Shown piece by piece: positions 11,672-20,325 of a DNA stretch of 64,000 nt. The translations under genes and the position numbers were made by a program. The first letter of the stretch is position 1. Each line of letters starts with the position of its first letter. The DNA lies in NCBI GenBank assembly GCA_035549255.1, contig DASZRD010000004.1, forward strand, positions 8,667 through 72,666, written 5' to 3'. A model generated the notes under the pieces. That model was not told the origin of the DNA and made no database searches. It was given only the letters and a program-made list of their open reading frames with translations. The stretch comes from Minisyncoccota bacterium (lineage in GTDB: Bacteria > Patescibacteriota > Minisyncoccia > Phycocordibacterales > SBAW01).

Positions 11672-14600
11672 TTAATTTTGCGGAGTTGAGGAAGCGTCCG
11701 ACGAGTCGCTCGGTGCAGGGTCGCTTACGGGCGGCGTTGACGATGCGTCGGTGTCGGGCGCGGGCGGTGTCTCTACGGTGAGTGGCGTAGAGCTTGCGGT
11801 GTCGTCGCTTGAAGTAGGTGGAGTCGAGGTCGCATCATCGCTGGACGCCGTAGGCGTTGATGTCGCGTCGTCGGAAGGCGTAGGCGCAGGAGACGGGGTA
11901 CCCGCGCTCCCCTGCCCGCTTGCATTGACCATCGCAAGGAACTGCGCCTGCGTCACGCACACGCTACCAACGCACAGCTTGTCGGTGTCGACCTCCTTGG
12001 CGTGGAAGATCGTCGCGTAGAGGTCGTGGATGCCATTCTGCGCATCGCCGAGCCATGCGATGAGCGTCGCTTTGAAGTTGTCACCGAGGTTGGCTATCTG
12101 CTGTATGGCCGCGGCAAGATACGGCGTGAAGCCCGCGTAATTGAGCGTAAGGTAGCCGCTGGCGGTGTCGGTCGCTACAAGGTCGGGGAAGACTTTCTGA
12201 ACATCCTGCGCGATGAAGCCGCTATGCTCCGGCGTGCCGGTGGCCTCGGTGAGCCAGTTGTAGAAGACCGGATCGAGTGCCATTACCAAGGCGAGCGATG
12301 AAGAGGCATTGATCGACGTGATGTTGGTCTTGAGGCGCTCGTCGGAGGAGCAGCCAACCGAGCCGGATGTTGGGTTGATGGTGCACGAGCCGGTGCCGTT
12401 GGTGAAGCGCGCGACGATAGCGCCGGTCGTCGAGGTGGCGACATCGAGGAGGTACGCGGGCGCCTGGGTCCCGATACCGACGCCGAGATTATTGATATTA
12501 CCCGTGCCATCGGCCGTGCCGTAGATCGTGAGCACCGGCGATCCACCCACGTTTGCCGTGTAGCTTTCGACCGTGCCGGCCGATGCGGAAGAATCGACGG
12601 GGAGATCGGCCCAGCTTACGATGCCCGCGTCGGTGTCGAAGTTGAGCGAGCCGATCGCGAGGTTGTTGATTGATGTAATGCCGCTGTTGAGGTTGTAGAC
12701 CAGATTGCCATTGCCGACATTCAATCCCCCGGAGATAGTCGAGGTTGCGGTAGTAGAAGTGGCGTTAATGGTAGCGCCGACAATATCGCCAGCTACTGAA
12801 AGTCTTGCATAGGGAGAGGTAGTGCCAATGCCTAGGTTGCCGGTTGCTAAAAGATTAACAAGCTGATCGTTGGAATAGAAGCCCCACGTGAGCGCGTTAC
12901 TTGATGAGCCGCTTGAGGAATATTTGAAGCCCATATAGCCGCTGTTGTTAAGTGCCGCATTCACTCCGGTAAGCTGCGTCAACAGGATATGGCCGGTCGT
13001 GAGATTCGGTGCAAGCACTACTCCGCCCCATACATACGTCGTGTCATTGGTAAGAGTCATGTTGAGGAGTCCGGGTCCGACGCTTGCATTGCCCGAACTT
13101 CCGCTTATCGAGAGCGACGCGATGGGACTCGTCGTGCCGATGCCAACATTGCTGCCAAAGTACGCAGTACCTGTCGTTGTGGCACCGCCTGAAATAGTGA
13201 GGCCGCCCTGCTGCGTGCCATCGCCTATCGTCGTTGAGGCATAGAGGTTAAGCGATCCGCCGCCGGCCGCGAGACAGGTGCCATTTATCGCATAACAGCC
13301 GCTCGTGATGTTGATGCCGTTGGCGACGGTGGCTGAACCAGTTTGATCTATCGAGAAGAGCGACGAGCCGCTCGTCGAGGCGATGGTGAACGGATTATAG
13401 CCCGCGGTGCCGAGTATGCTAAGCGATGCTGCAGGCGACGTCGTGCCGATGCCGACGCGGAGGTTCTGCACTCCGCCAGTGCCATTGCTCTCGCCGTAGA
13501 CGGTGAGCACCGACGTGTCGCCGATATTGATCGATTGCGATTGTATGACGCCTGCCGCGGCGCCGCTGTCGACCGGAATGTTAGAGAGTGCCACCACGCC
13601 CGCGTCGGTGTCGAAGGAGAGATTGCCTATCGAGAGGTTGCTGATGGTCGTCGTGCCGCTTGAGGAGTCAACGGTGAAGGCGTTGGAGCCGTTGGCGCCG
13701 ACGGAGAAGACGCCGCTGTTTGAGACCGTGAGAATGGAAGTCGAGGCAGAGTTGGCAACCTCGAGCGCGTTGCCCGCAGTCGATGAGCCGCCCCATACCG
13801 TGAGCTTGGCATAGGGCGAAGAGGTACCAACACCTACATTGCCGGACGACTTGATAACGAATTGCGGATTGATCGAATTATCTTCAACCGAGAGATAATC
13901 CCCCGAGCCGGTGCCATTCTTGCGCACGATCAATCCCGTCGAGTTATTGAAATTATTGAATACGTTCACTCCTGCCTGTCCGCTAGCCGCCGTAAGAACC
14001 GAGTTAGAGTTGCTGAGATATAATGCCGATGTCCCCGACAATTGAAGGGTCCCGTTCGCGGAGAAAAAGCTGCTAATGCTCGCCGAAGGCAGCCTACCGA
14101 TCCCCACGTTGCCCAGGGTATCGATCGTAAAGAGCGTCTTAGTGGAAGAGCCGATCACGAATGCAGGGCCCGAGATGCCGTTGGGGTTTACCGAGAGCTG
14201 CGCCCACGGCGAGGTGGTGCCGATGCCGAAGCTGCCGTCGGCGGTGAGGCGAGCCTTCTCCGTATTATTGGTGAAGAATCCTATCGGATGATTTGAGAAG
14301 TTGCCGATATAGAAGCCTGGCGTGCCCAAGGGGCCGGTGCCGAGGCCGTCGGCATAGAATTGCGAGGCGACTGCTTGGTTATCCGCATAGAGGATCGCCC
14401 CCGCGTAGGACTGGCCGCTCGTGTTGGTATTCGAGAGCGTATAGCGCACGCCGCGCGAATTGTTAACGCTCTTCTGAGCGAAAAGGGTTTCAAGAGGATC
14501 ATATCCGCCGATATCTATGTTGCCGCCGAAGTATGCGTTCCCGGTCGTTGTGGCGCCGCCGCTTATCGTGAGGCCGCCCGCCGGCGCGCCGTCGCCAATA

Positions 14601-16480
14601 GTGGTCGAGGCGTAAAGATTGACTGAGCCTCCGCCGCCAATGATCCCAAGGCTCGATGTGGAAACGTTGACCCACTTGCTGCCGTCGTATTGGAGCAGGT
14701 CGCCCCATGCGGGCGAAGAGGCATCGACATCGGTGAGCGCGGAGAGTGCCGAAGCGCCGCCAGTGCTTGAGCCGTTGAAGGTGGAGTTGGTGATAGTCGC
14801 ATTAGTGATCGTGACGCCGCTCAAATTGCTCACAATCTGGCTGAGCGCCACGTTGTTGGTGTAGCCGCCGGTCGAGTATTGCCCGTAATCTATCGTGCTC
14901 CCCTGCGGCTGCACCGAGCCCGCATTCTGGTAGATCAGGCTGCGGAGGTTGTTGTTCAATTGGCTCAGCTGGTCGGCAAGCGAAGATTGCGTAACGTAGT
15001 TGGAAGCGAGGAATTGTGTGGAGGGCGCCGGCACAATAGCTGCCGGAGCGGATTGCACGGGCTGCGCATTCTTTATTGCCGGAGAATGAGCATCTTCGCC
15101 TTGCGACAGGGCAGCCATGTCTGCGCCCGGAGCGCTTTGGACAGGCACAACAACGGTCGTAGTGGGGTTGCCTTGAGGCGCTATGGCAAGATCCGGCTGA
15201 GCGGGAGCAAAGATGCTGTTCCACCAATCGCCCACTGCGTTCCAAACCGATGCCGTGTTGCCCTGTGCAATCGCGATACGTGGCAGGGACATATGCGAAG
15301 GAACGTCGCTTACATATGCGAGCGACGCTGCGGCAGCATCGGATGCGTTTTGCGCGACCGAGAGGCTTCCCTCAAGCCAGAAGCCGAGCGCCGCTGCGCC
15401 GGCGTTTACTTGCGTCGTAACGCCGTCGGCAAGCGTTTGATACATATGCGCTTGCGCATCGCCCATCGCATCGGCCCACGCAACGAACGCATTGCCGATG
15501 TTGTAATACAGGGCCGCTTGGGTGTCGGCCATCGCGTTGCCTGCCGATTGCAAGGCGTAGTACGTACCGGCAGTCTCCTGCACCATGGCGCTCGTCATAT
15601 CGCGCATGAACGCAAGCGGGACCGAGGCGATACTGCGTGCGAGCGGCCGCGCGCCGTCATTCCAAAAGGCTACCGCGCGCGCAGAGCTTTGCAGGTCGGT
15701 CGTCACCGCGTCGCCGAGCGCCGCGTAGATGCCTGCCTGCGCGTCGCTCATGTCGTCGGCCCAATCGACGAAGTTCCGAGTGAATGAAAATTCAATCTCA
15801 GTCTGCGCGGCAAGCGCGACATTCACAGCGTTAGTGATCAAGCCATAGCCAACAGATGCCGCTTGCGTATCGAGGGCGACGCGATCCTGAATATTCCTAG
15901 ACAGGGCGAGCGGGACTGCGGCAACTAAGTTCGCCCCGCTTGCAAAATTCTCAAGGGTCAGGGTTTGAGACATGTCGGCACGCGCCGCGGCAAGCACCGC
16001 AGCGGCATTATCGCGCGGCAGCGGGGCAGCAGCCATCAGAGGCACGACTTCGATGCTCTTATACGACGCCGGCTGTCGATACGCATCGGCCAGCACTGAG
16101 AGCGGAAGTGATTGCGCAAACGAGAGCGCCCAGGCGCCTACGAAGATGATGAGCACCGCGAGCGGAGCGAGCGCGTTGTAGCGGAAGAACGGCGAGAAGT
16201 TGTTCGCCTGCTTTTTCTTTTTTGGCTTGCGCTCCGGCGCCACCGACTGATATTCACGCTTAAGGTCCTCGGAGAGCTGGGTCTTCCGGGCCTCCTTAAT
16301 ATTTTTCATCTCCCGAAGGTACTTCTCCAGAGACCACGCGCTCACGTACCACGTGCGGCCTCTGAGCTCCCCTTCCACTTTGCCGCGACGGCATAGCAGG
16401 GTTACGTAATCGCCGGTTACGCCGAAGAGCTTGGCCGCTTCGGCCGAGGGGATTTTATTCTTCTCAAAATCTTGTTCCAT
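11672..16480 (-). CDS. giant surface protein: N-terminal HTH, TM, tail-fibre-like repeats, peptidase S74 chaperone domain
   Basis: SAEAAKLFGVTGDYVTLLCRRGKV...GRTWYV; repeated G(N)(V/L)GIGTTSP; SSDERLKTNI, GFIAQDVQKVFPDLV, LNY; P/S/T/D-rich tail. Confidence 0.88.
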   Translation of the reverse strand: MEQDFEKNKIPSAEAAKLFGVTGDYVTLLCRRGKVEGELRGRTWYVSAWSLEKYLREMKNIKEARKTQLSEDLKREYQSVAPERKPKKKKQANNFSPFFRYNALAPLAVLIIFVGAWALSFAQSLPLSVLADAYRQPASYKSIEVVPLMAAAPLPRDNAAAVLAAARADMSQTLTLENFASGANLVAAVPLALSRNIQDRVALDTQAASVGYGLITNAVNVALAAQTEIEFSFTRNFVDWADDMSDAQAGIYAALGDAVTTDLQSSARAVAFWNDGARPLARSIASVPLAFMRDMTSAMVQETAGTYYALQSAGNAMADTQAALYYNIGNAFVAWADAMGDAQAHMYQTLADGVTTQVNAGAAALGFWLEGSLSVAQNASDAAAASLAYVSDVPSHMSLPRIAIAQGNTASVWNAVGDWWNSIFAPAQPDLAIAPQGNPTTTVVVPVQSAPGADMAALSQGEDAHSPAIKNAQPVQSAPAAIVPAPSTQFLASNYVTQSSLADQLSQLNNNLRSLIYQNAGSVQPQGSTIDYGQYSTGGYTNNVALSQIVSNLSGVTITNATITNSTFNGSSTGGASALSALTDVDASSPAWGDLLQYDGSKWVNVSTSSLGIIGGGGSVNLYASTTIGDGAPAGGLTISGGATTTGNAYFGGNIDIGGYDPLETLFAQKSVNNSRGVRYTLSNTNTSGQSYAGAILYADNQAVASQFYADGLGTGPLGTPGFYIGNFSNHPIGFFTNNTEKARLTADGSFGIGTTSPWAQLSVNPNGISGPAFVIGSSTKTLFTIDTLGNVGIGRLPSASISSFFSANGTLQLSGTSALYLSNSNSVLTAASGQAGVNVFNNFNNSTGLIVRKNGTGSGDYLSVEDNSINPQFVIKSSGNVGVGTSSPYAKLTVWGGSSTAGNALEVANSASTSILTVSNSGVFSVGANGSNAFTVDSSSGTTTISNLSIGNLSFDTDAGVVALSNIPVDSGAAAGVIQSQSINIGDTSVLTVYGESNGTGGVQNLRVGIGTTSPAASLSILGTAGYNPFTIASTSGSSLFSIDQTGSATVANGINITSGCYAINGTCLAAGGGSLNLYASTTIGDGTQQGGLTISGGATTTGTAYFGSNVGIGTTSPIASLSISGSSGNASVGPGLLNMTLTNDTTYVWGGVVLAPNLTTGHILLTQLTGVNAALNNSGYMGFKYSSSGSSSNALTWGFYSNDQLVNLLATGNLGIGTTSPYARLSVAGDIVGATINATSTTATSTISGGLNVGNGNLVYNLNSGITSINNLAIGSLNFDTDAGIVSWADLPVDSSASAGTVESYTANVGGSPVLTIYGTADGTGNINNLGVGIGTQAPAYLLDVATSTTGAIVARFTNGTGSCTINPTSGSVGCSSDERLKTNITSINASSSLALVMALDPVFYNWLTEATGTPEHSGFIAQDVQKVFPDLVATDTASGYLTLNYAGFTPYLAAAIQQIANLGDNFKATLIAWLGDAQNGIHDLYATIFHAKEVDTDKLCVGSVCVTQAQFLAMVNASGQGSAGTPSPAPTPSDDATSTPTASSDDATSTPPTSSDDTASSTPLTVETPPAPDTDASSTPPVSDPAPSDSSDASSTPQN

Positions 16481-16509
16481 GGCGCTTGGCGAAATAGCGA
16501 GACGCAGAA

Positions 16510-16538
16510 AGGGCAGATCGCCGATTGCGATCTGCCCT
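16510..16538. terminator. strong hairpin ~30 nt upstream of the giant gene start
   Basis: AGGGCAGATCGC-CGATT-GCGATCTGCCCT; short U run on the minus strand. Confidence 0.5.
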
Positions 16539-16629
16539 GTTGCTTATCAGCATACTGCCGAACGCGCAGGAGGCACAACAATAAAAATGTCGGCTCTGTG
16601 GATAGCTGGCGAAATAACCTTTCTATATA

Positions 16630-16746
16630 TAGAGGCGACAGGAAAGAAGTTTGAAGGAGGCTCCGCAGCGCGACGGCGCGAGGACCGAGCAAATTTTCAG
16701 CAGAAAATTTGTGTACTCCTGAGAACTTGCTTTCCTGTTGCCTCTA
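16630..16746. repeat. long branched inverted repeat / palindromic element
   Basis: TAGAGGCGACAGGAAAG pairs with CTTTCCTGTTGCCTCTA; inner CAAATTTTC-AGCA-GAAAATTTG hairpin. Confidence 0.8.
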
Positions 16747-16789
16747 AAAGAGGCTCTAAAATATAGTGATATCGGCTATGCGAGGTAGC

Positions 16790-18625
16790 CTACTCGGACT
16801 TTACCATCTTGAGGAAGACCTCCTCCGGGATGTTCACGTGGCCGGCGGCCTTCATGCGCGCCTTGCCCTCCTTCTGCTTCTTCCAGAGCTTCATCTTGCG
16901 GGTGCGGTCGCCGCCGTACATATGCTGGGTGACATTCTTGCTCATGGCCGGGAGGGTCTTCGACGAGAGGATACGGCCGAGTGCCACGGCCTGGATCTTG
17001 GTCGCGAACATCTGCCGCGGCAAGATAGTGTACAGCTTCTCGACCGCTGACTTGCCTTCGTCGTAGGCCTTGCCCGCTGCGACGATGCGGGTGAAGGCAG
17101 GCACCAAATCTTCGGCGACAAGAAGGTCGAGGCGCGCGACGTCGGCCTCGCGGAGTTCGCGCATTTCGTACGACACCGAGGCGTAGCCGCTGGATAAGCT
17201 TTTTACCTTATCGAAGAAGTTGCGCATGAGCTCGCGCAGCGGCATCACGACGCGCACGATCATCCTTCCTTCCGAAAATATTTCAGTCGACTCGACGACG
17301 CCCTCGTGCTCGTAGAGGAGCGGCATCAAAGAGCCTACCTGCTCCGCGGGCAAGAGGATTTCCGCGCACACGTATGGCTCCCAAACTTTCGTGATGATGC
17401 CATACTCGGGGAATGCCGATGGCGAGTAGATAGTATGTCGCTTACCATCCTCGGTCTCCACCTCATACGTGATGGTCGGCGTCGTGACGATAAGCGCGAG
17501 GCGGCCCTCGCGGCGCAAGCGCTCGGTGACGATCTCGAGGTGGAGCATGCCGAGGAGCCCGCAGCGGTAGCCGCGGCCAAGCACGCCGGATGATTCTTCC
17601 TCAAACGAGAGCGCCGAGTCGCTGAGGCGCAGACGCTCAAGCGCCGCGCGCAGCTGCGGGAAATCGTCCTGCGACTCGGGATAGATACTCGCCCACACGA
17701 CGGGTTTTGGCTCAGCATAGCCGGAAAGAGGAAGCGTCTTGCTCCCCCGCGTGCGGATCGTGTCGCCGACGCGCGCAAAGCCCGCCTCCTTGATGCCGGT
17801 CACGACATAACCGATCGATCCTTCGCTAAGATGCGCGGCGGCCTTGGGCTTCGGAGAAAATGTGCCAGCCTCGAGCGCGACGAACTTCTTGCCGCTTGCG
17901 GCAAACTCGAGCTCCATCCCCTTCTCAATCTTCCCCTCGAACATGCGCAGATACACGATCACGCCCTGATGATCGGAATATTGAAAGTCGAACACGAGCG
18001 ACCGAACATCAGAATCTTGCCTCACAAAAGTCCTCGGGGAGCTTCCCAGACTATTTGCTCGGTCAAGGTTCTGATGTTCGGGAGGCGGCACGCGCTCAAT
18101 AACCGTATCGAGAAGTTTGTCGACGCCCTCGCCCGTACGGCCCGAGCATAAGATTATGGAATCTTCTGAGATATCGAGTAGCTTTGCCATCTGAGTCTTT
18201 ACCCGCTCCACTTCCGCAAGCGGCGAGTCGATCTTGGAGATCGCCGGCACGATGACAAGGCCCTGCTCGCGGGCGCTGCGCAGCGTGGTAAGCGTCTGCG
18301 CCTGCACGCCCTGCGTCGCGTCAACGAGCAATATCGCGCCCTCGACCGCCGAGAGAGCGCGCGACACCTCGTAAGAGAAATCGATGTGCCCTGGCGTGTC
18401 GATCAGGTTAAGCTCGTAGCGCGTACCGCCTTTTTCATACTGCATGCGGACGGGCTGCATCTTGATCGTGATGCCGCGCTCGCGCTCAAGCTCCATCGAG
18501 TCGAGCACCTGCTCGCGCATGAGGCGCTTCTCGATCGTCCCCGTACGCTCAAGAAAACGATCGGCAAGCGTAGACTTGCCGTGATCAATATGCGCAATGA
18601 TGGAAAAATTCCGTATGTGATGCAT
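16790..18625 (-). CDS. lepA: elongation factor 4 (LepA)
   Basis: IRNFSIIAHIDHGKSTLADR, LNLIDTPGH, GLLGMLHLEI, YGGDRTRKMKL. Confidence 0.98.
   Translation of the reverse strand: MHHIRNFSIIAHIDHGKSTLADRFLERTGTIEKRLMREQVLDSMELERERGITIKMQPVRMQYEKGGTRYELNLIDTPGHIDFSYEVSRALSAVEGAILLVDATQGVQAQTLTTLRSAREQGLVIVPAISKIDSPLAEVERVKTQMAKLLDISEDSIILCSGRTGEGVDKLLDTVIERVPPPEHQNLDRANSLGSSPRTFVRQDSDVRSLVFDFQYSDHQGVIVYLRMFEGKIEKGMELEFAASGKKFVALEAGTFSPKPKAAAHLSEGSIGYVVTGIKEAGFARVGDTIRTRGSKTLPLSGYAEPKPVVWASIYPESQDDFPQLRAALERLRLSDSALSFEEESSGVLGRGYRCGLLGMLHLEIVTERLRREGRLALIVTTPTITYEVETEDGKRHTIYSPSAFPEYGIITKVWEPYVCAEILLPAEQVGSLMPLLYEHEGVVESTEIFSEGRMIVRVVMPLRELMRNFFDKVKSLSSGYASVSYEMRELREADVARLDLLVAEDLVPAFTRIVAAGKAYDEGKSAVEKLYTILPRQMFATKIQAVALGRILSSKTLPAMSKNVTQHMYGGDRTRKMKLWKKQKEGKARMKAAGHVNIPEEVFLKMVKSE
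18002..18081. repeat. palindromic element translated in frame within lepA
   Basis: CCGAACATCAGAATCTTG / CAAGGTTCTGATGTTCGG arms (17 of 18 complementary) plus inner stems. Confidence 0.85.
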
Positions 18626-18630
18626 GAGGA

Positions 18631-20316
18631 TTACGAGACATCGGACGGCTCGACCGCGATATGCTGCGCGGTCCTTCCAAGACGCCTGCCTAGAGCGCTT
18701 ACGATTTCAGCGAGCTCGCGGCTCTGCAAGAGCGCCAGCACGAGCGCGGTGGCGAAAAGCCCCACCACCCCGGCGGCAGCGCCTTGCGAGACGATGCCGA
18801 CGACGGTGGTCGTGTCCACCAGAGGACCGAAGAACGTAAGCGTCGCGTATGCGCAGGCCCCCCCGACAATAGACGAACTGAAGCTCTGGAAGAACAGCCT
18901 CCCCAAGCCCCAGGTCGGCATCGAAAAGTCTCGCGCCAGCAGTATAACCCCTACGAGGCATTGCACAATAGCGCCCAGCGAGTCGCCAAGCGCAAGCATC
19001 AAGACCGAGGTCCCCGGTACGCCGTCAACGCGCAGCAAGGACTCAATGAAGGAGCTAAAATTCTGACTCTGTATAAAGAGTAAAAGTAGTCCAAGCGAAG
19101 AAGCCAGCGAGATGACGATGTCGAGCAAGGCGAGCATGAGCGGTGTCTTCGTGTTGCCCGCCGCATAGTACGCACGCGCAATAAGCAGCACGAGCGATTG
19201 CGCCAGAAAGCCGACCATGAAGAGCGCCAGCGCCGCGGCAGTGAGGCGCGTCGCGGACCAGTCGAACGCTCCCGCACCCAGTATTGCGCGCACGATGTAG
19301 GCACGCAGAACGATCACCAGCACCGTCGCGGGCAGGGACCAGAAGATAATATGCCGCAGCGCGGTCTCAATATGGCTCACGAACTCGTGCTTTTGCCCTC
19401 CGGCGAAGAACCGCGAGAGCGTCGGGAACGCGGCAACGGAATACGAGACGCCGATGATCGCGATCGGCACGGCCTGAAGATTGGAGGCGAAGGTGAAGAC
19501 CGATATCGATCCTACCGAAAGAAACGAAGCTAGGGCGATGATGCCGAGCAGCACCAGTTGGTTGGCAGAGAGCGAGAGCGTGCGCGGGATCGAGAGCGCG
19601 AGCACCTCGCGCACTATCGGCAGGACCCGGCGCAGCGGGAGACGGCCCTCGGCCTTCTCGCTGAAGAAGAACGGCGCTTGCACAAGTGCGTGCATTGCCG
19701 CACCCAAGACGACGCCCCATCCCAGCCCCGCGATGCCGAAGCGCGGGTAGAAGAAGAGCACTCCGCAGATGATGCCCACATTGTAGAGCAGCGGGCTTAT
19801 GGAGTAGAGCAGGAACCGATGCCGCAGCTGGGTGAGATTCGCAAAGAGGTTGGACAACCCCAGAAGGATCGGCTGGAGCAGGAGGATGCGCGTGAGCATG
19901 ACCAGCGTGTCAGCGTCGCCATGGACGAAGCCGGGCGCGATGAAGGCGATGATTTGCGGCGCCAGGAGCCATGCCGCGCCGCACACTGCCCCCATCCCCA
20001 GGAAGAAGATGAGGAGCGAGTCGCGCAGGAATGCGACGCCCTGCCCCGCGCGCTCCGCCTCGAGCCGCGAGAGGACCGGCAGGAGCGCGTAGAGCGACAG
20101 GAGCGATGCAACGGTCGCGAAGAGGAAATCGGGTATGCGGAAGGCCGCGTAGTAGAGGTCGAGCGTGTGCCCCGCGCCAAACGCGGAGGCCAGCAGGCGG
20201 TCGCGGATGAGCGCGAGCGCCTGCGAGCCGAGCGCGAAACCCGCCAGAAGGTAGGCTGCCTGATGCATCCCCTTCACTTCTTTTGTCATTAGGGCTGCGA
20301 GGAAGGAGCGCACCAT
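18631..20316 (-). CDS. murJ: lipid II flippase MurJ (MviN)
   Basis: RDRLLASAFG, YYAAFRIPD, PLLYN, RAYYA..NTKTP; multi-TM MOP fold. Confidence 0.93.
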   Translation of the reverse strand: MVRSFLAALMTKEVKGMHQAAYLLAGFALGSQALALIRDRLLASAFGAGHTLDLYYAAFRIPDFLFATVASLLSLYALLPVLSRLEAERAGQGVAFLRDSLLIFFLGMGAVCGAAWLLAPQIIAFIAPGFVHGDADTLVMLTRILLLQPILLGLSNLFANLTQLRHRFLLYSISPLLYNVGIICGVLFFYPRFGIAGLGWGVVLGAAMHALVQAPFFFSEKAEGRLPLRRVLPIVREVLALSIPRTLSLSANQLVLLGIIALASFLSVGSISVFTFASNLQAVPIAIIGVSYSVAAFPTLSRFFAGGQKHEFVSHIETALRHIIFWSLPATVLVIVLRAYIVRAILGAGAFDWSATRLTAAALALFMVGFLAQSLVLLIARAYYAAGNTKTPLMLALLDIVISLASSLGLLLLFIQSQNFSSFIESLLRVDGVPGTSVLMLALGDSLGAIVQCLVGVILLARDFSMPTWGLGRLFFQSFSSSIVGGACAYATLTFFGPLVDTTTVVGIVSQGAAAGVVGLFATALVLALLQSRELAEIVSALGRRLGRTAQHIAVEPSDVS

Positions 20317-20325
20317 AGGCGTTGG

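Noticed and set aside
11672-16480. Prophage, suggested by tail-fibre and S74 domains
   Set aside because: No capsid, terminase, portal or integrase; the protein has a TM anchor and core-gene neighbours
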